The position numbers and the translations under genes were made by a program. 54,244 bases of DNA from an uncultured Candidatus Saccharibacteria bacterium (GTDB lineage: Bacteria; Patescibacteriota; UBA1384; 2-12-FULL-50-11). Positions 54,208-54,244 of the stretch are shown one piece after another (the stretch's first letter is position 1; every line of letters begins with the position of its first letter). The stretch spans positions 14,426 to 68,669 of the forward strand of contig CAYGDK010000001.1 of assembly GCA_964348645.1 (NCBI GenBank), in the 5' to 3' direction. The notes under the pieces are model-generated. The model made no database searches. It was not told where the DNA came from and saw only the letters and a program-made list of their open reading frames with translations.

Positions 54208-54244
54208 TTACAAAAAGTAAAAGTAGCTCAGAATTCGACCAAGG

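Noticed and set aside
1-54244. CRISPR arrays, rRNA genes and IS/transposase genes
   Set aside because: I noticed no regularly spaced direct repeats, rRNA-like sequence or DDE/transposase-like ORF. The only recombinase is the serine recombinase at 11-12.8 kb.

Overview
Read by eye from the ORF track and sequence; all family calls come from recognised motifs, and no searches were run. The window looks like a chromosomal segment of a small-genome, Gram-positive-type bacterium. My guess is Patescibacteria/CPR, Saccharibacteria-like, but that is inference only. Housekeeping genes sit at both ends: an Nramp transporter, a VIT1 transporter, a LysM-CHAP hydrolase, a DEAD-box helicase, typA, and then rluB-like, folD, thrS, glyA, smpB and ychF. 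The middle is accessory and mosaic. (a) 11.1-13.3 kb: tRNA-Arg(TCG) with a duplicated 5' end, abutting a large serine recombinase whose ORF reads through the tRNA. (b) 13.4-16.2 kb: a znuABC-like operon plus a Fur/Zur regulator. (c) 16.3-25.0 kb: a Gram-positive-type T4SS/conjugation module. It holds an M23 hydrolase, a split VirB4, PrgI/VirB3-like, a VirB2-VirB6 fusion, a VirB2-like pilin, a VirD4-type coupling protein and a replication-relaxation protein. (d) 25.0-27.2 kb: a MacB-like ABC pair and a DUF3768 protein. (e) 27.5-30.2 kb: four orphan ORFs. (f) 29.2-39.9 kb: a visibly AT-richer defence island ending at tRNA-Arg(CCG). It carries a complete Type I R-M system (hsdRMS), a CBASS-like SMODS nucleotidyltransferase coupled to an unassignable single-pass membrane protein, a membrane trypsin-like protease with a sigma-region-4-only protein, a Zn-ribbon mini-protein and an XRE regulator. 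(g) 40.0-44.1 kb: a copper operon (ArsR, TauE/cupredoxin membrane protein, CopZ-like, a 37-aa peptide, CopA). There are five tRNAs: Arg-TCT, His-GTG, Arg-TCG, Arg-CCG and Lys-CTT. Three of them carry short duplications of their own ends, which look like integration scars. Two of those scars share an internal motif and both end exactly at the stop codon of a nucleoside-deoxyribosyltransferase-superfamily gene. I saw no CRISPR array, rRNA or transposase. The best candidate for something new is the SMODS-NTase plus membrane-partner pair at 35.8-37.7 kb, followed by the orphan cluster at 27.5-30.2 kb.
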